Shown one piece after another: positions 30,059-40,569 of a stretch of DNA of 64,000 bases (its first letter is position 1; each line of letters opens with the position of its first letter). The notes beneath the pieces are model-generated. The model made no database searches, was not told where the DNA came from, and saw nothing but the letters and a program-made list of their open reading frames with translations. Origin of the DNA: Clostridiales bacterium UBA7001 (GTDB taxonomy: Bacteria; Bacillota; Clostridia; TANB77; CAG-508); NCBI GenBank assembly GCA_002449785.1, contig DJXP01000024.1, positions 16,820 to 80,819 on the forward strand, written 5' to 3'. A program made the position numbers and the translations under genes.

Positions 30059-31447
30059 TTATTTAAGCATCATTGGTCCAATATTAGTTACAGTTCCTGC
30101 ACCTAGTGTAATAATAATATCATTATCATTTATATTTTCTTTAACATAGTTTATAGCTTTTTCAAAATCAGGTATATATAAAGCATTTTTCCCAAGTTCG
30201 TTCATTTTTGTAGCTAAATCAGCTGATGATATTTCTAATGTGTTTTTCTCACGAGCAGCATATATGTCTAGTAAGACAACATTATCGAAATTTGAAAGTG
30301 CATCTGCAAAGTCATTTAATAAAAGTTTTGTTCTACTATAAGTATGTGGCTGAAAAATAACCCAAGACTCATTATATTTTTTATTTTTAATAGAATTAGC
30401 AGTAGCTTTTATTTCAGTTGGATGATGTGCATAATCATCAAATATAGGTACATTTTTTTCTTTTAAAGTACCTTTGTATTCTAAACGCCTTTCAGCACCT
30501 GTAAAACTGTTTAATGATGTTTTTAATATTTCTGTAGAAATACCATAATAATCTGACGTACTAATACAAGCAAGTGCATTTAAAATATTATGTTTTCCAG
30601 CAACTGAAAGTTCAAATGATTCATAAAAATTATTATTTTTATAAACGTCAAAGCTTGCAAAACCATTATCATTAAATTTAATATTTTTAGCAAAAAAATC
30701 AGCATTATTGTTTTCAATTCCATAAGTAAGTACTTTACATTTTGCTATATTTTTTAAGGCATAACAGTTTTTATCATCAGCATTTGTTACAAGTAAACCA
30801 TTTGGTTCGACTTTTAATGCAAATTCTGTAAAAGCTTTTACAATATTGTCAAAAGTTTTATAGTAATCTAGATGATCATTATCTATGTTTAAAATAATTG
30901 CAGTATTAGGATTGAATTTTAAGAAATTACCTTTATATTCACAAGATTCTAAAATAAAATATTCACTATTACCAATTCTGTAATTTCCACCAATTGAATC
31001 TAAAATTGCACCAACTTCGATAGTAGGGTCAAGATTAGCATTAATAAAACAAATTGAAAGCATAGATGTTGTTGTTGTTTTTCCATGTGTGCCAGAAATA
31101 CATATTGCTTCTTTATATAGTTTTGTTAGATATCCTACAAATGAGCCTCTGTCAATTAAAGGAATATTTCTTTCTTTTGCTATAACCATTTCAGGGTCTG
31201 TTTCACTTATTGCAGCTGAATATATTATTAAATCAGCCTTTTTTGAATTTTCTAAATCATGACCTATAACAGTTTTAATGCCATGTTTATTAAGATTATC
31301 TGTAATAACAGATTTAGAAATGTCAGAACCAGTTACTAAAAAATTCCAATTATTTAATGTTTCGGCTATTGCACTCATGCTAACACCACCAATACCGATA
31401 AGATGTATATGTTTATATTTTGATAAATCATCTATTTTAAAATTCAT
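30059..31447 (-). CDS. murC: UDP-N-acetylmuramate--L-alanine ligase
   Basis: HLIGIGGVSMSAIAE (Rossmann N-domain), GTHGKTTTTSM (P-loop) and DDYAHHPTEI. The ORF also allows an ATG at 31459. I prefer MNFKIDD (31447) on RBS spacing. Confidence 0.9.
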   Translation of the reverse strand: MNFKIDDLSKYKHIHLIGIGGVSMSAIAETLNNWNFLVTGSDISKSVITDNLNKHGIKTVIGHDLENSKKADLIIYSAAISETDPEMVIAKERNIPLIDRGSFVGYLTKLYKEAICISGTHGKTTTTSMLSICFINANLDPTIEVGAILDSIGGNYRIGNSEYFILESCEYKGNFLKFNPNTAIILNIDNDHLDYYKTFDNIVKAFTEFALKVEPNGLLVTNADDKNCYALKNIAKCKVLTYGIENNNADFFAKNIKFNDNGFASFDVYKNNNFYESFELSVAGKHNILNALACISTSDYYGISTEILKTSLNSFTGAERRLEYKGTLKEKNVPIFDDYAHHPTEIKATANSIKNKKYNESWVIFQPHTYSRTKLLLNDFADALSNFDNVVLLDIYAAREKNTLEISSADLATKMNELGKNALYIPDFEKAINYVKENINDNDIIITLGAGTVTNIGPMMLK

Positions 31448-31710
31448 AAAAAAAATCATCCTCTTTCTTGAAAAAAAATTTTATAATTATAATAATAGAA
31501 TTATACTATTTTAATATTATTTTTTCAAGTAATATATATCAATTATTCGAAGACAATTAATAGCAATATAATATATAAATTATAAAAAAATTTATAAATT
31601 TTAAATATTAATAAAAAAATATAAAAAAAAGAAGGAAAAATAATATTTATGTAGAATAATTAATTAGTACATAAAAATATGTATAAAACTAGAAGAAAGA
31701 GGTGCATAAA

Positions 31711-32007
31711 ATGCAAATTACAGACGTACGTTTAAGAAAAGTAAATTTAGAAAACAGAATGAAAGCTGTTGCTTCAGTAACATTTGATGGAGAATTCGTT
31801 ATTCATGACATTAAAGTTATTGAAAGCCAAAATGGATTATTTATAGCTATGCCTAGCAAAAAAACTCCAAACGGAGAATTTAAAGATATAGCTCATCCAA
31901 TCAATGCAGAAACTAGAGAAAAAATTCAAAAAGCTATATTAGAAGCTTATGAAGCTCCAGATGCAGAAACAGATGTAGAAACAGCAACTACAACTTCAGC
32001 TGAATAA
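31711..32007 (+). CDS. spoVG: septation protein SpoVG
   Basis: [11 protein letters not shown]......[30 protein letters not shown] is near-canonical SpoVG. RBS agaggtg. Confidence 0.95.
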   Translation: MQITDVRLRKVNLENRMKAVASVTFDGEFVIHDIKVIESQNGLFIAMPSKKTPNGEFKDIAHPINAETREKIQKAILEAYEAPDAETDVETATTTSAE

Positions 32008-32022
32008 TTTTGTAATGAAAGA

Positions 32023-32050
32023 GGCGTTATTTTATAATAACGCTTTTTTT
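32023..32050 (+). terminator. rho-independent terminator
   Basis: The ggcgttat-tttat-aataacgc hairpin is followed by T7. Confidence 0.75.
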
Positions 32051-32138
32051 GATTTCATAAAAAATTATATTTTTATAAATTTTTATTGTTATTTTTATTT
32101 TTTTTATATATAATATTTCATAGGAAGGAAAATAACTT

Positions 32139-34256
32139 ATGAAAAACACGGGAATTGAAGATATTTCAATAGATAACAGCATAAAAAATAAAAATAAAAG
32201 TGGAAAAAATGTAATAATTATTTTGCTTTTTTTATTATTGATTATTTTTATATCTTTAATTATTTTATATAAATTTTATTCCAAAAAATCAGTTTCTATA
32301 AAGCAACTATTTGTAGACGGTTTATTAAAAACTAATTATGCTTCAGAATATAATATTGATAACTATAAAAAAATATATGACAGAATCATATCTGAAGATT
32401 CTGTTATAACAAATAATATTACTTATTCATCTAATAGAAGTTTTGATATTATTAAAGATTTTGATATAAATAGTTTTTCTGTTAGTACAACAACAGATAC
32501 CGATATAGAAAATTCTAAATTTTTTTCAGATGTTATGATTAATTATTCTGGAAACGAATTTTTAGATTTTAAAGTATTATCTGATAAAGAAAAAATTGGT
32601 TTGATGTCTGACCCAATAGTTAATAAATATGTTGGAATGAGTTATGATAAATTAAAAGATATTTATAGTATTGGTAATCCTATAGATTATCTAAAAAATG
32701 ATGAAAATATTGAATTATCAGATGAAAATAAAAAAGAGTATTTAAAAAAATATATTAATATTATCTTAGATAAAATACCAGAAGAAAACTTTTCTATGAA
32801 AGAAAATATAGCACTAGATGAGTCTTTTCAAAATATAGCTGTAAAAGAGTATAAACTTGAATTAAACCAAGAAGATTTAATAAATATATTAGTAGAAGTA
32901 CTAAAAGAGTTTAGAAATGATGAAGAATTTCTTGAAAAAATATCATTAAACAATAATACTCTAAATATTAAAGTTAAAGCTAATAATGCAGATAAAAATA
33001 TAATAAATGAACCAGATGAAGTGCAAACAGAAGATGCACAGGAAAATCAAAATGAAAATATAGAAGAGAATATAGATGATTCTATTTTAGAAGCAGGTGA
33101 AATGGCTGAAGTACAAGAAATGCTTGAAAACTTGAGCGTTGCAGAATCTATTCTTCCTGATGGTACTACAATTAATATTGATGAAATAAGAAATGATGAA
33201 AAATTAAAAATAAGTGATATTTTACCTAAAATAAATGATACTAGAATTGATTATAAAAATGTTATTAAATTAATTTTAGGTAAGAAAATGAATACTAATA
33301 TAAATTCTATTCAAAAAGAAGTAGATTACTTAATAGAAAAAATACAAAAACTAGAGGGTAGCGGACTAATAGTTAAATTATATGTAAGTGATGAAGGAAC
33401 AGAAAAAATAGTTTTTAAATTACCTAATGATAGTGATTTTGAAATAGAATTTCATAATAAAAATCAAAATGAAAAGAGTTTAGTATTTACTTATTTATAT
33501 TTAGGAAATAATGGTAGATTTACATTCTCAGATGATGTAGTTAAAGATTATATATTAGCAGATGATATTGAAAATTCAGATGGTAATTTACCAACTCAAG
33601 ATAAGAAAAATGGTTTTTCTGTTGAATGCAAATTTATAAATGGAAATTCTCAAAATTCAATTAATGTCAATTATAATTTTATTGAAAGTGAAAAGATTAA
33701 TAAAAAAATTAATTTTAGTATTAATACAACTGGAAATATTAATTCAAAAACGATAAAAAATGACATTGTTATAATCTCAAGTGGGGAAGAAAAAGATGAA
33801 CTAGTTATTGAAAATGCGGTAGAATTTGATAGGAGTGAAGTCATTCAAGAATTTTCAGACAATAATTTGTTATTAATAGATAATTTATCTGAAGATGATG
33901 AAAGCGAAGTTTTAAAAGCAATAATTTTGCAACTTAAGAATTTTAGAGAGAACAAAAAACAAGAAGTTAATTTAATAGATACAAGTAATCAAAAATATTT
34001 TATAAATCGAAATTATGATAATCTTTCACATAGTATTACTTATGAAGAAGCAAAAAATGTTTTAGTTGAAAAAATTTCTAGTATGATGGGAGAGGCACAA
34101 AGCAGAAATGAAGAATTTACAATTAAAAACTTATCTGATTTAACTATAGATGGTTATAATGTATCTTCAACTGTAACAGATGAAAATGCAACTGTTGTTA
34201 TTGATATATATACATTTAATATTGACTCAAATTTTGTATTGACAGATGCAAATTAA
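32139..34256 (+). CDS. hypothetical N-terminally anchored protein (705 aa)
   Basis: One TM segment (VIIILLFLLLIIFISLIILY), then an Asn/Asp/Glu-rich region. No motif recognised. Confidence 0.6.
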   Translation: MKNTGIEDISIDNSIKNKNKSGKNVIIILLFLLLIIFISLIILYKFYSKKSVSIKQLFVDGLLKTNYASEYNIDNYKKIYDRIISEDSVITNNITYSSNRSFDIIKDFDINSFSVSTTTDTDIENSKFFSDVMINYSGNEFLDFKVLSDKEKIGLMSDPIVNKYVGMSYDKLKDIYSIGNPIDYLKNDENIELSDENKKEYLKKYINIILDKIPEENFSMKENIALDESFQNIAVKEYKLELNQEDLINILVEVLKEFRNDEEFLEKISLNNNTLNIKVKANNADKNIINEPDEVQTEDAQENQNENIEENIDDSILEAGEMAEVQEMLENLSVAESILPDGTTINIDEIRNDEKLKISDILPKINDTRIDYKNVIKLILGKKMNTNINSIQKEVDYLIEKIQKLEGSGLIVKLYVSDEGTEKIVFKLPNDSDFEIEFHNKNQNEKSLVFTYLYLGNNGRFTFSDDVVKDYILADDIENSDGNLPTQDKKNGFSVECKFINGNSQNSINVNYNFIESEKINKKINFSINTTGNINSKTIKNDIVIISSGEEKDELVIENAVEFDRSEVIQEFSDNNLLLIDNLSEDDESEVLKAIILQLKNFRENKKQEVNLIDTSNQKYFINRNYDNLSHSITYEEAKNVLVEKISSMMGEAQSRNEEFTIKNLSDLTIDGYNVSSTVTDENATVVIDIYTFNIDSNFVLTDAN

Positions 34257-34279
34257 ATATATTCTAAAGAGGAGAAAAA

Positions 34280-35272
34280 ATGAAAAAAAAGGATTTAAAT
34301 GTTAAATTATTAATAAGAAGAATAATTGTAATACTAGTTTTATTAATTATATTAGTATTAATAATGAAACTATTTAGCATTATTTTTGGTAAAGAAAAAG
34401 TTGTAGGTAATTTAAATAATAGAGGTTTGGCTCTAAGTGTTGGTAAAGAAGTTTACTACAATAAATATGAAAAAGGAATATATAAAGTAAAAGGTAATAA
34501 AGAGTATCAACTAACAGATGAAACAGCTTATTCAATAACTAATTATAAAGATAAATTATATTATTTAACTGTTTCTAATTCAAATTCAATAGATTTAAAA
34601 AGTGTTGATACTAATGGAGAAAATCAAGAGCTTATAAAATCATTATCAACTCGTATAAGTAAATTTTATATTGAAGATGGATTTGTTTATTATGTAACTA
34701 ATAAAGATGTTGTTGGATTAGCTAAATTTGAACTTGAGACCAAAAAAGAATCAATTATAGCTACAAGTAATGTTCAAGATTTTGTACTTGATAATAAAAC
34801 AATATATTATACAGATAATGTAGGATATTTATATAAGGTTAATATTGATGGAACAAATAATGAAGTTATTTCAAGGGATTATTCAATAAATCAAATACAA
34901 CTATTAGATAAATGGATATATTATTATGACTCTTCTAATTCAGAAGAAAAGGGACCAAGTGGATTATATAAAATAAAAAAAGATGGTACATCAAGAACTT
35001 TAGTTTCTGAAAATATTAATAATGAATATTATAATATTACAAGTAAAAGTATTTATTACTATGATATATCTAGTAAAAAAATAATTAAAACAAACCTTAA
35101 TGGAAAAAATTCAAAAGAAATTACTCAATTAAATGATCAAATGTTATTAACAAGAATGAATATTGCAAATGGAGTAATCTATTATTTGGATAAAAGTATA
35201 GATGATTCTCAAATTTATCAAATGTATAGAATAAAAGAAGATGGAAAAAAGTCAAAAAGTATAGAATATTAA
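34280..35272 (+). CDS. N-terminally anchored beta-propeller-like protein (DUF5050-like)
   Basis: One TM segment, then about six repeats of the ..IYY.......LYK...DG.....I pattern typical of DUF5050/YWTD-like blades. Confidence 0.5.
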   Translation: MKKKDLNVKLLIRRIIVILVLLIILVLIMKLFSIIFGKEKVVGNLNNRGLALSVGKEVYYNKYEKGIYKVKGNKEYQLTDETAYSITNYKDKLYYLTVSNSNSIDLKSVDTNGENQELIKSLSTRISKFYIEDGFVYYVTNKDVVGLAKFELETKKESIIATSNVQDFVLDNKTIYYTDNVGYLYKVNIDGTNNEVISRDYSINQIQLLDKWIYYYDSSNSEEKGPSGLYKIKKDGTSRTLVSENINNEYYNITSKSIYYYDISSKKIIKTNLNGKNSKEITQLNDQMLLTRMNIANGVIYYLDKSIDDSQIYQMYRIKEDGKKSKSIEY

Positions 35273-35324
35273 TTTCAAGATTATTATTATTGAATTTTAA
35301 TAATTGAGAAAGGAAAAATAAAAT

Positions 35325-35468
35325 ATGAAATTAGGTACAGTTGTATATCAAAGTAAAATTTATAATCTTGATTATATGTCATTAGATGAATTAAAAAGGC
35401 TTTTAGAAATGATAGAAAATGAAAAAAATACTAATATTCAAGAAGCAAAAAAGTTAATAAAAAATTAA
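35325..35468 (+). CDS. small hypothetical protein (47 aa)
   Basis: ORF below the track cutoff. RBS gaaagga lies 9 nt upstream. No homology recognised. Confidence 0.25.
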   Translation: MKLGTVVYQSKIYNLDYMSLDELKRLLEMIENEKNTNIQEAKKLIKN

Positions 35469-35487
35469 TCTTGTTGGAGGTCTTAAG

Positions 35488-36372
35488 TTGGAAGAATTAA
35501 CTAGTGAACAAATATCTTCTAAGTTATATGATATATATATAAAATCTGAAGATAGAATAAAGTCAAATGCTATGGTATGCAGAGCATATATTGATAAGGT
35601 TTCTTTAGATACAATTTCACAAAAGGTAAATAATGAAATGGCTTCAATAAAGTATTCTATTTCTCAAATAAATTCTAAATTTAATGAAAACAATAAAAGT
35701 TATGTTACTACAAAAGAGGAAATAACTAAAGTACTCTCATATTATGAACAGGCATTAAAAGAGCTTAGTTTATTTTATGATGGAAAAATTGAACAATTAA
35801 TATTAAGAAAAGTTGAATTAGAAGCTAGCTTAATAGGATCAATTATAAATGATCAATATTTACATGATAAAATCTTACATAAAAATATGTTAAAAGAAAA
35901 TGATAAAACAAAAATGTCTCTTAAAGATAATATAAAAAATGCTATTGAAAAAATAAAAAACAGGAAAAATAATAAAAACCAAGTTGATATTATGGCTGTT
36001 TCTAAATTAATGGATAGCCAAGATGTTGCACGAGAAATTGAGGAAAAAAGTTCTTTGAGACTTGAGAAAATTGTAGAAGAAAGAAAGAATAACAAAGATT
36101 TCATAACAAATACAGAAAAGGAAATTTCTTTAGTTACTAATGAAATAGAAAGATTAAATAAACAAAAGGAAAAGGCAATTTTTGATGCAATGGAATCACA
36201 AGAAAAGAGTGTAAGTAATAATATACGCAAACCAAAAATATTTAATAAAATCACAAGATTTTTTGTAAGTAGATTTAACACTGCTAAAGTTATACAAAAT
36301 ACAATTATAAATCCACTAAATATGAAAATAGAGAATTTTAGAACAAACGAACTTGCTAATATGAAAGGATAA
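35488..36372 (+). CDS. hypothetical coiled-coil protein
   Basis: 294-aa ORF with a TTG start after RBS ggaggt. Lys/Glu-rich heptad-like sequence. Confidence 0.55.
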   Translation: MEELTSEQISSKLYDIYIKSEDRIKSNAMVCRAYIDKVSLDTISQKVNNEMASIKYSISQINSKFNENNKSYVTTKEEITKVLSYYEQALKELSLFYDGKIEQLILRKVELEASLIGSIINDQYLHDKILHKNMLKENDKTKMSLKDNIKNAIEKIKNRKNNKNQVDIMAVSKLMDSQDVAREIEEKSSLRLEKIVEERKNNKDFITNTEKEISLVTNEIERLNKQKEKAIFDAMESQEKSVSNNIRKPKIFNKITRFFVSRFNTAKVIQNTIINPLNMKIENFRTNELANMKG

Positions 36373-36529
36373 AATTATGAATGAGAGTTTTGTAGATCTT
36401 GTAAATAAATTTTATGAAAAGGGTATTGATCCATTTAAAGGAGTAATAAGGAATTATGGAGATGATTATAATAAAAAAGATATAACTAGAGAAAATAATA
36501 AGCAAATTAATAATGAAAGGTAAAAAAAA

Positions 36530-36558
36530 CTTGAATTATTCGTTTTTGTGTGGTATAT
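36530..36558 (+). promoter_or_regulatory. candidate sigma-A promoter of the pheST leader
   Basis: TTGAAT, a 17-nt spacer, then an extended -10 (tgg TATATT). Confidence 0.5.
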
Positions 36559-36564
36559 TATATA

Positions 36565-36845
36565 TGTTCGAATATTTATATATTTGTTAAAACCGTTTGT
36601 AAAAAGCAAAGTAAGTAAATTGCTAAAGTTTTAAAGAGAGAATAAATGGTGCGCTGAAAATTTATTCAAACTATATTTACTGAAATTTCACTTTTAAGGT
36701 CTTATAATGAAATTTAAATTAGAGTAGTTATAAGCGGTAGTTACGTTAAAACTGTAATGAGGTTAATTTTATTTTATTGTAAATTAATGAATTTAGGTGG
36801 TAACACGAAATTAGGTCGTCCTATGATATAGGGCGACTTTTTGAT
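36565..36845 (+). promoter_or_regulatory. T-box leader (tRNA-Phe responsive) with terminator
   Basis: AGAGA box near 36645, distal-loop-like GGTGCG, candidate UUC-A specifier (36687-36690), the T-box sequence aatttaGGTGGTAACACGaaa (36791-36810) and a terminator ggtcgtcc...gggcgac followed by T5. Lies upstream of pheS. Confidence 0.75.
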
Positions 36846-36978
36846 TTGGACTTTGGGGACGTTCCTTAAAGTCCAAAAATCTGGACTCAAGGGACACTCT
36901 TTGATAAAATAAAGGTGTTCTTAAAGAGTGTCCCTAGGTTTAAAATTTTGGACTTTAAGGAACGTCCCCAAAGTCCAA
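36846..36978. repeat. 133-bp nested palindromic, relatively GC-rich element (REP/MITE-like) in the pheS 5' UTR
   Basis: Perfect 33-nt inverted repeat: ttggactttggggacgttccttaaagtccaaaa (36846-36878) against its exact reverse complement (36946-36978). It encloses a second hairpin, agggacactcttt / aaagagtgtccct. Each outer arm is itself self-complementary (ggacttt...aaagtcc). Confidence 0.85.
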
Positions 36979-36999
36979 GTTGAGAGGAGTAAAAACAAA

Positions 37000-38049
37000 A
37001 TGAAAGAAAAAATTGAAAACTTAAGAAATGAAGCTAAAGAAAAAATAAGTGAAATAAAAAATATGCAAGAGCTTCAAGATTTAAAAGTAAAGTATTTAGG
37101 TAAGAAGAGCGAGCTTACAGCTATGCTTAAAAGCTTAGGAACTTTAGGTGCAGAAGAAAGGCCAAAAGTAGGTAGCTTAGTAAATGATGTAAGGCGCGAG
37201 ATTGAAAATAAACTAGAAGAAGCGGAAAAACATTTTAAAGAACAAGCGTTGGCACAAAAATTAGAAAAAGAAAAAATAGATATTACTGCACCTAGTACAA
37301 AAATAAAAAGAGGTAGTAAACATCCTATAAATAGAATAATTGAGGATATTCAAGATTTATTTGTTTCAATGGGATATGATGTAGTAGCAGGTCCTGAACT
37401 TGAGACTGATGAATACTGCTTTGAAAGATTAAATCTTCCAAAAGGGCATCCAGCTCGTGATATGCAAGATAGTTTCTATATCACAAATGAATATTTACTT
37501 AGAACTCAAACGTCATCAGTTCAAGCAAGAACAATGATAGCAAATGAGGATAAAAGCCCAATAAGAATGATATGTACTGGAAAAACATATAGAAGAGAAG
37601 ATGATGCAACACATTCACATCAATTTAATCAAGTTGAAGGATTAGTAATAGATAAAAAAGAGCTTAATGTTTCTTTAGCAGATTTAAAGGGAACTTTAGA
37701 AGTATTTGTTCATAAAATGATAGGTGCAAATTTAGATTTGAGATTTAGACCTAGTTATTTTCCATTTACTGAACCATCTTATGAAGTTGACGTTACATGT
37801 TTTAAGTGTCAGGGAAAAGGTTGCCCATTATGTAAAAAAACAGGTTGGATAGAGCTTTTAGGAGCAGGAATGGTACATCCAAATGTATTAAAAATGAATG
37901 GATATGACCCAGAAAAATATTCTGGATTTGCATTTGGAACAGGTATAGACCGCTTAGCAATGTTTAGATATGGAATTACAGATATGAGATATTTATATAC
38001 TAATGATATAAGATTCTTAAGTCAATTTGATAGAAAAGATGAAGAATAA
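37000..38049 (+). CDS. pheS: phenylalanine--tRNA ligase alpha subunit
   Basis: Class II motifs (HPARDMQDSFY, FRPSYFPFTEPS, GFAFGTGIDRLAM). Start placed at ATG 37000 after RBS gagaggag. The upstream 24 codons of the ORF-track call lie in the palindromic element. Confidence 0.95.
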   Translation: MKEKIENLRNEAKEKISEIKNMQELQDLKVKYLGKKSELTAMLKSLGTLGAEERPKVGSLVNDVRREIENKLEEAEKHFKEQALAQKLEKEKIDITAPSTKIKRGSKHPINRIIEDIQDLFVSMGYDVVAGPELETDEYCFERLNLPKGHPARDMQDSFYITNEYLLRTQTSSVQARTMIANEDKSPIRMICTGKTYRREDDATHSHQFNQVEGLVIDKKELNVSLADLKGTLEVFVHKMIGANLDLRFRPSYFPFTEPSYEVDVTCFKCQGKGCPLCKKTGWIELLGAGMVHPNVLKMNGYDPEKYSGFAFGTGIDRLAMFRYGITDMRYLYTNDIRFLSQFDRKDEE

Positions 38050-38091
38050 ATTAGTAAATAATTTATATAGTAGAAAGGATTGGTAAATAAA

Positions 38092-40458
38092 ATGATATTA
38101 AGTATGAACTTTTTAAAAGATTATGTAGATATAGATGATAAACTTGAAAACATTGCAGAAAACATGACAAGAGTTGGAAATGAATATGATGAAGCAGTTA
38201 AGCTTGTTCCAGCTACTAAACTAATAATAGGTGAAGTTATAGAATGCACTGAACATCCAGATTCAGATCACCTTCACTGTTGCAAAGTAAATATTGGAAA
38301 TGAAGTATTAAATATAGTTTGTGGAGCACCAAATGTAAAAGAAGGAATTAAAGTTATTGTAGCTCAAAATGGTGCAGAACTTCCTGGTGGAACAATAAAA
38401 AAAGGAAACATTAGAGGGCAAGAATCTAATGGTATGATTTGTGCTTTATATGAAATAGGAATAGATAAAAAATATTTATCAGAAGAAGATAAAAATGGAA
38501 TTCATATATTGCCTATAGACGCTCCAATTGGTAAAGACCCAATTGAATATTTAGAATTAAATGATGAGATTATAGATTTTGAGCTTACAGCTAATAGAGG
38601 TGACTTATTAAGTATTTTGGGAATGGCTTATGAAGTTGGAGCAATTTATGATAAAAAGGTTAAAGAAGTAGATTTATCACATAACGAGTCTGGTGAAGAT
38701 TTAAATAAATCATTTGAAGTAAGGGTAAACACTGAAAATTGTAAACTATTTTTAGCTAGAAAAGCATTAAATGTTACTATTAAAGATAGTCCAACATTTA
38801 TAAAGAATAGATTAATAGCTTCTGGAATAAGACCAATAAATAATGTTGTTGATATTAGTAATTATGTTATGTTAGAGCTTGGTCAGCCACTTCATTTTTA
38901 TGATGCAGATAAGCTTGGAAATATAATAGAAACTAGAATGGCTAAAAAAGATGAAAAAATTACAACATTAGATGAAATTGAAAGAACATTAGAAGAAACA
39001 GATATAGTAATTTCAGATGGTAAAAAAGCAATAGGTCTTGCTGGTGTTATGGGAGGCTTAGAGACTGAAATTGAAGAAAGCACAAAAAATGTTTTAATAG
39101 AAGCTGCTATTTTCGATTCAGTTATGGTTAGAAAAACATCTAAAAAAATAGTAAGAAGTGAAGCAAGTAACCGTTTTGAGAAAGGTTTAGACCCTGAAAG
39201 AACTTATATGGCAATGGAAAGAGCAGTTAAACTTTTAGAAGAATATGCTGATAGCGAAATACAAACAGGAACTGTTGTATATGATAAAACAGAAAAAAAT
39301 GAAAAAAATATTGATATAAAAGTAAAAGATATAAATGATTTATTAGGAACTAATATTTCTAAAGAGGATATTCTTGATGTATTTAGAAGATTAGATTTTA
39401 AATATTCTGTAAATGGAGATATAATAACTGTAACTGTTCCATCAAGAAGATTAGATATATCAATTAAGGAAGATTTAATTGAAGAAGTAGGAAGAATATA
39501 CGGAGTAGATAATATAGAAGGAAAACTTCCTGTTGTTCCTATGAAAATAGGTTATGTAGATAAAACAGAAAGAAGAATTCGAGACAAAATGATATCTTTA
39601 GGTTTAAATGAAACATTATCTTATGTCTTAATAAATGACAAAGATGTTCATAAATATGTTTCAGATGATTTTGAAGAATTACGATTATTAGACCCAATGA
39701 CAGAGGAAAGAAATGTATTAAGATATAGTTTAATTCCATCATTATATAAAATTTATGAATATAATAAATCTCATTTAGTTAAAGATGTTTCAATATTTGA
39801 AATAGGAAAAGGATTCTGGAAAAAGAAAGAAGAATATGGTGAAGATTTAAAATTATGTTCTTTAATGTCTGGAGAATACTATTTGGGGCTTGGAAATAAT
39901 AAAAAGTCTGTTGATTTTTATATTATAAAAGGTGTTGCAGAAGAAATACTTGATTTCTTGGGTTATGGCAACAGATATAGTTTTGTTATGCCAAAAGAAA
40001 AAATTCCTGAATTCCATCCAGGACAAGTGGCTGAAATAAATGTAAATAATGATATTGTAGGTTTAATAGGAAGAATTCACCCAGAAATATCAAAAGAACC
40101 TGTTTTCGTAATGGAAATAAATTTAGATAAATTATTAGCTAAAAAAGTAAGTAAAATGAAATTTAAAGAAATATCAATATATCCAACAATTAAAGTGGAT
40201 ATAGCAGTTATATTAGATAAAAGCATAACAGCTGATGAAATATCTAAAGTTATAAAAAAAGCTGGTGGTAGTTTACTTGTAAATCAAGAAATGTTTGATG
40301 TTTATACAAATCCAGTTTTAGGGGATAAAAAAAGTGTAGCATATTCATTAACATTTGGGTCAAATAATAAAACATTAACAGATGAAGAAATAAATCCAGT
40401 TGTTGATAAAATAGTAGAAGCATTAGAGAAAAACTTCAAAGCAGAACTCCGCCATTAA
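38092..40458 (+). CDS. pheT: phenylalanine--tRNA ligase beta subunit
   Basis: N-terminal tRNA-binding OB domain (IGEVIECTEHPDSDHLHCCKVNIG), B3/4, B5 and FDX-ACB domains, about 790 aa. Confidence 0.95.
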   Translation: MILSMNFLKDYVDIDDKLENIAENMTRVGNEYDEAVKLVPATKLIIGEVIECTEHPDSDHLHCCKVNIGNEVLNIVCGAPNVKEGIKVIVAQNGAELPGGTIKKGNIRGQESNGMICALYEIGIDKKYLSEEDKNGIHILPIDAPIGKDPIEYLELNDEIIDFELTANRGDLLSILGMAYEVGAIYDKKVKEVDLSHNESGEDLNKSFEVRVNTENCKLFLARKALNVTIKDSPTFIKNRLIASGIRPINNVVDISNYVMLELGQPLHFYDADKLGNIIETRMAKKDEKITTLDEIERTLEETDIVISDGKKAIGLAGVMGGLETEIEESTKNVLIEAAIFDSVMVRKTSKKIVRSEASNRFEKGLDPERTYMAMERAVKLLEEYADSEIQTGTVVYDKTEKNEKNIDIKVKDINDLLGTNISKEDILDVFRRLDFKYSVNGDIITVTVPSRRLDISIKEDLIEEVGRIYGVDNIEGKLPVVPMKIGYVDKTERRIRDKMISLGLNETLSYVLINDKDVHKYVSDDFEELRLLDPMTEERNVLRYSLIPSLYKIYEYNKSHLVKDVSIFEIGKGFWKKKEEYGEDLKLCSLMSGEYYLGLGNNKKSVDFYIIKGVAEEILDFLGYGNRYSFVMPKEKIPEFHPGQVAEINVNNDIVGLIGRIHPEISKEPVFVMEINLDKLLAKKVSKMKFKEISIYPTIKVDIAVILDKSITADEISKVIKKAGGSLLVNQEMFDVYTNPVLGDKKSVAYSLTFGSNNKTLTDEEINPVVDKIVEALEKNFKAELRH

Positions 40459-40504
40459 GGACGACATTTTTAAAATTGTAACAAAAATTTAAAGTTTAAA
40501 ACTA

Positions 40505-40533
40505 TTGACCTTAAAGCATTTTAAACATATAAT
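40505..40533 (+). promoter_or_regulatory. candidate sigma-A promoter of the lysozyme gene
   Basis: TTGACC, a 17-nt spacer, then TATAAT, 37 nt upstream of the start codon. Confidence 0.5.
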
Positions 40534-40569
40534 AAAAATGAAATTTTAAAATTTAAGAGGTGTCGAATA

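Noticed and set aside
36928-36999. ORF-track start of pheS at 36928 (MSLGLKFWTLRNVPKVQVERSKNK...)
   Set aside because: These 24 codons lie inside the palindromic element. The ATG at 37000 has a proper RBS (gagaggag), and PheS homologs begin near MKEKIENL.
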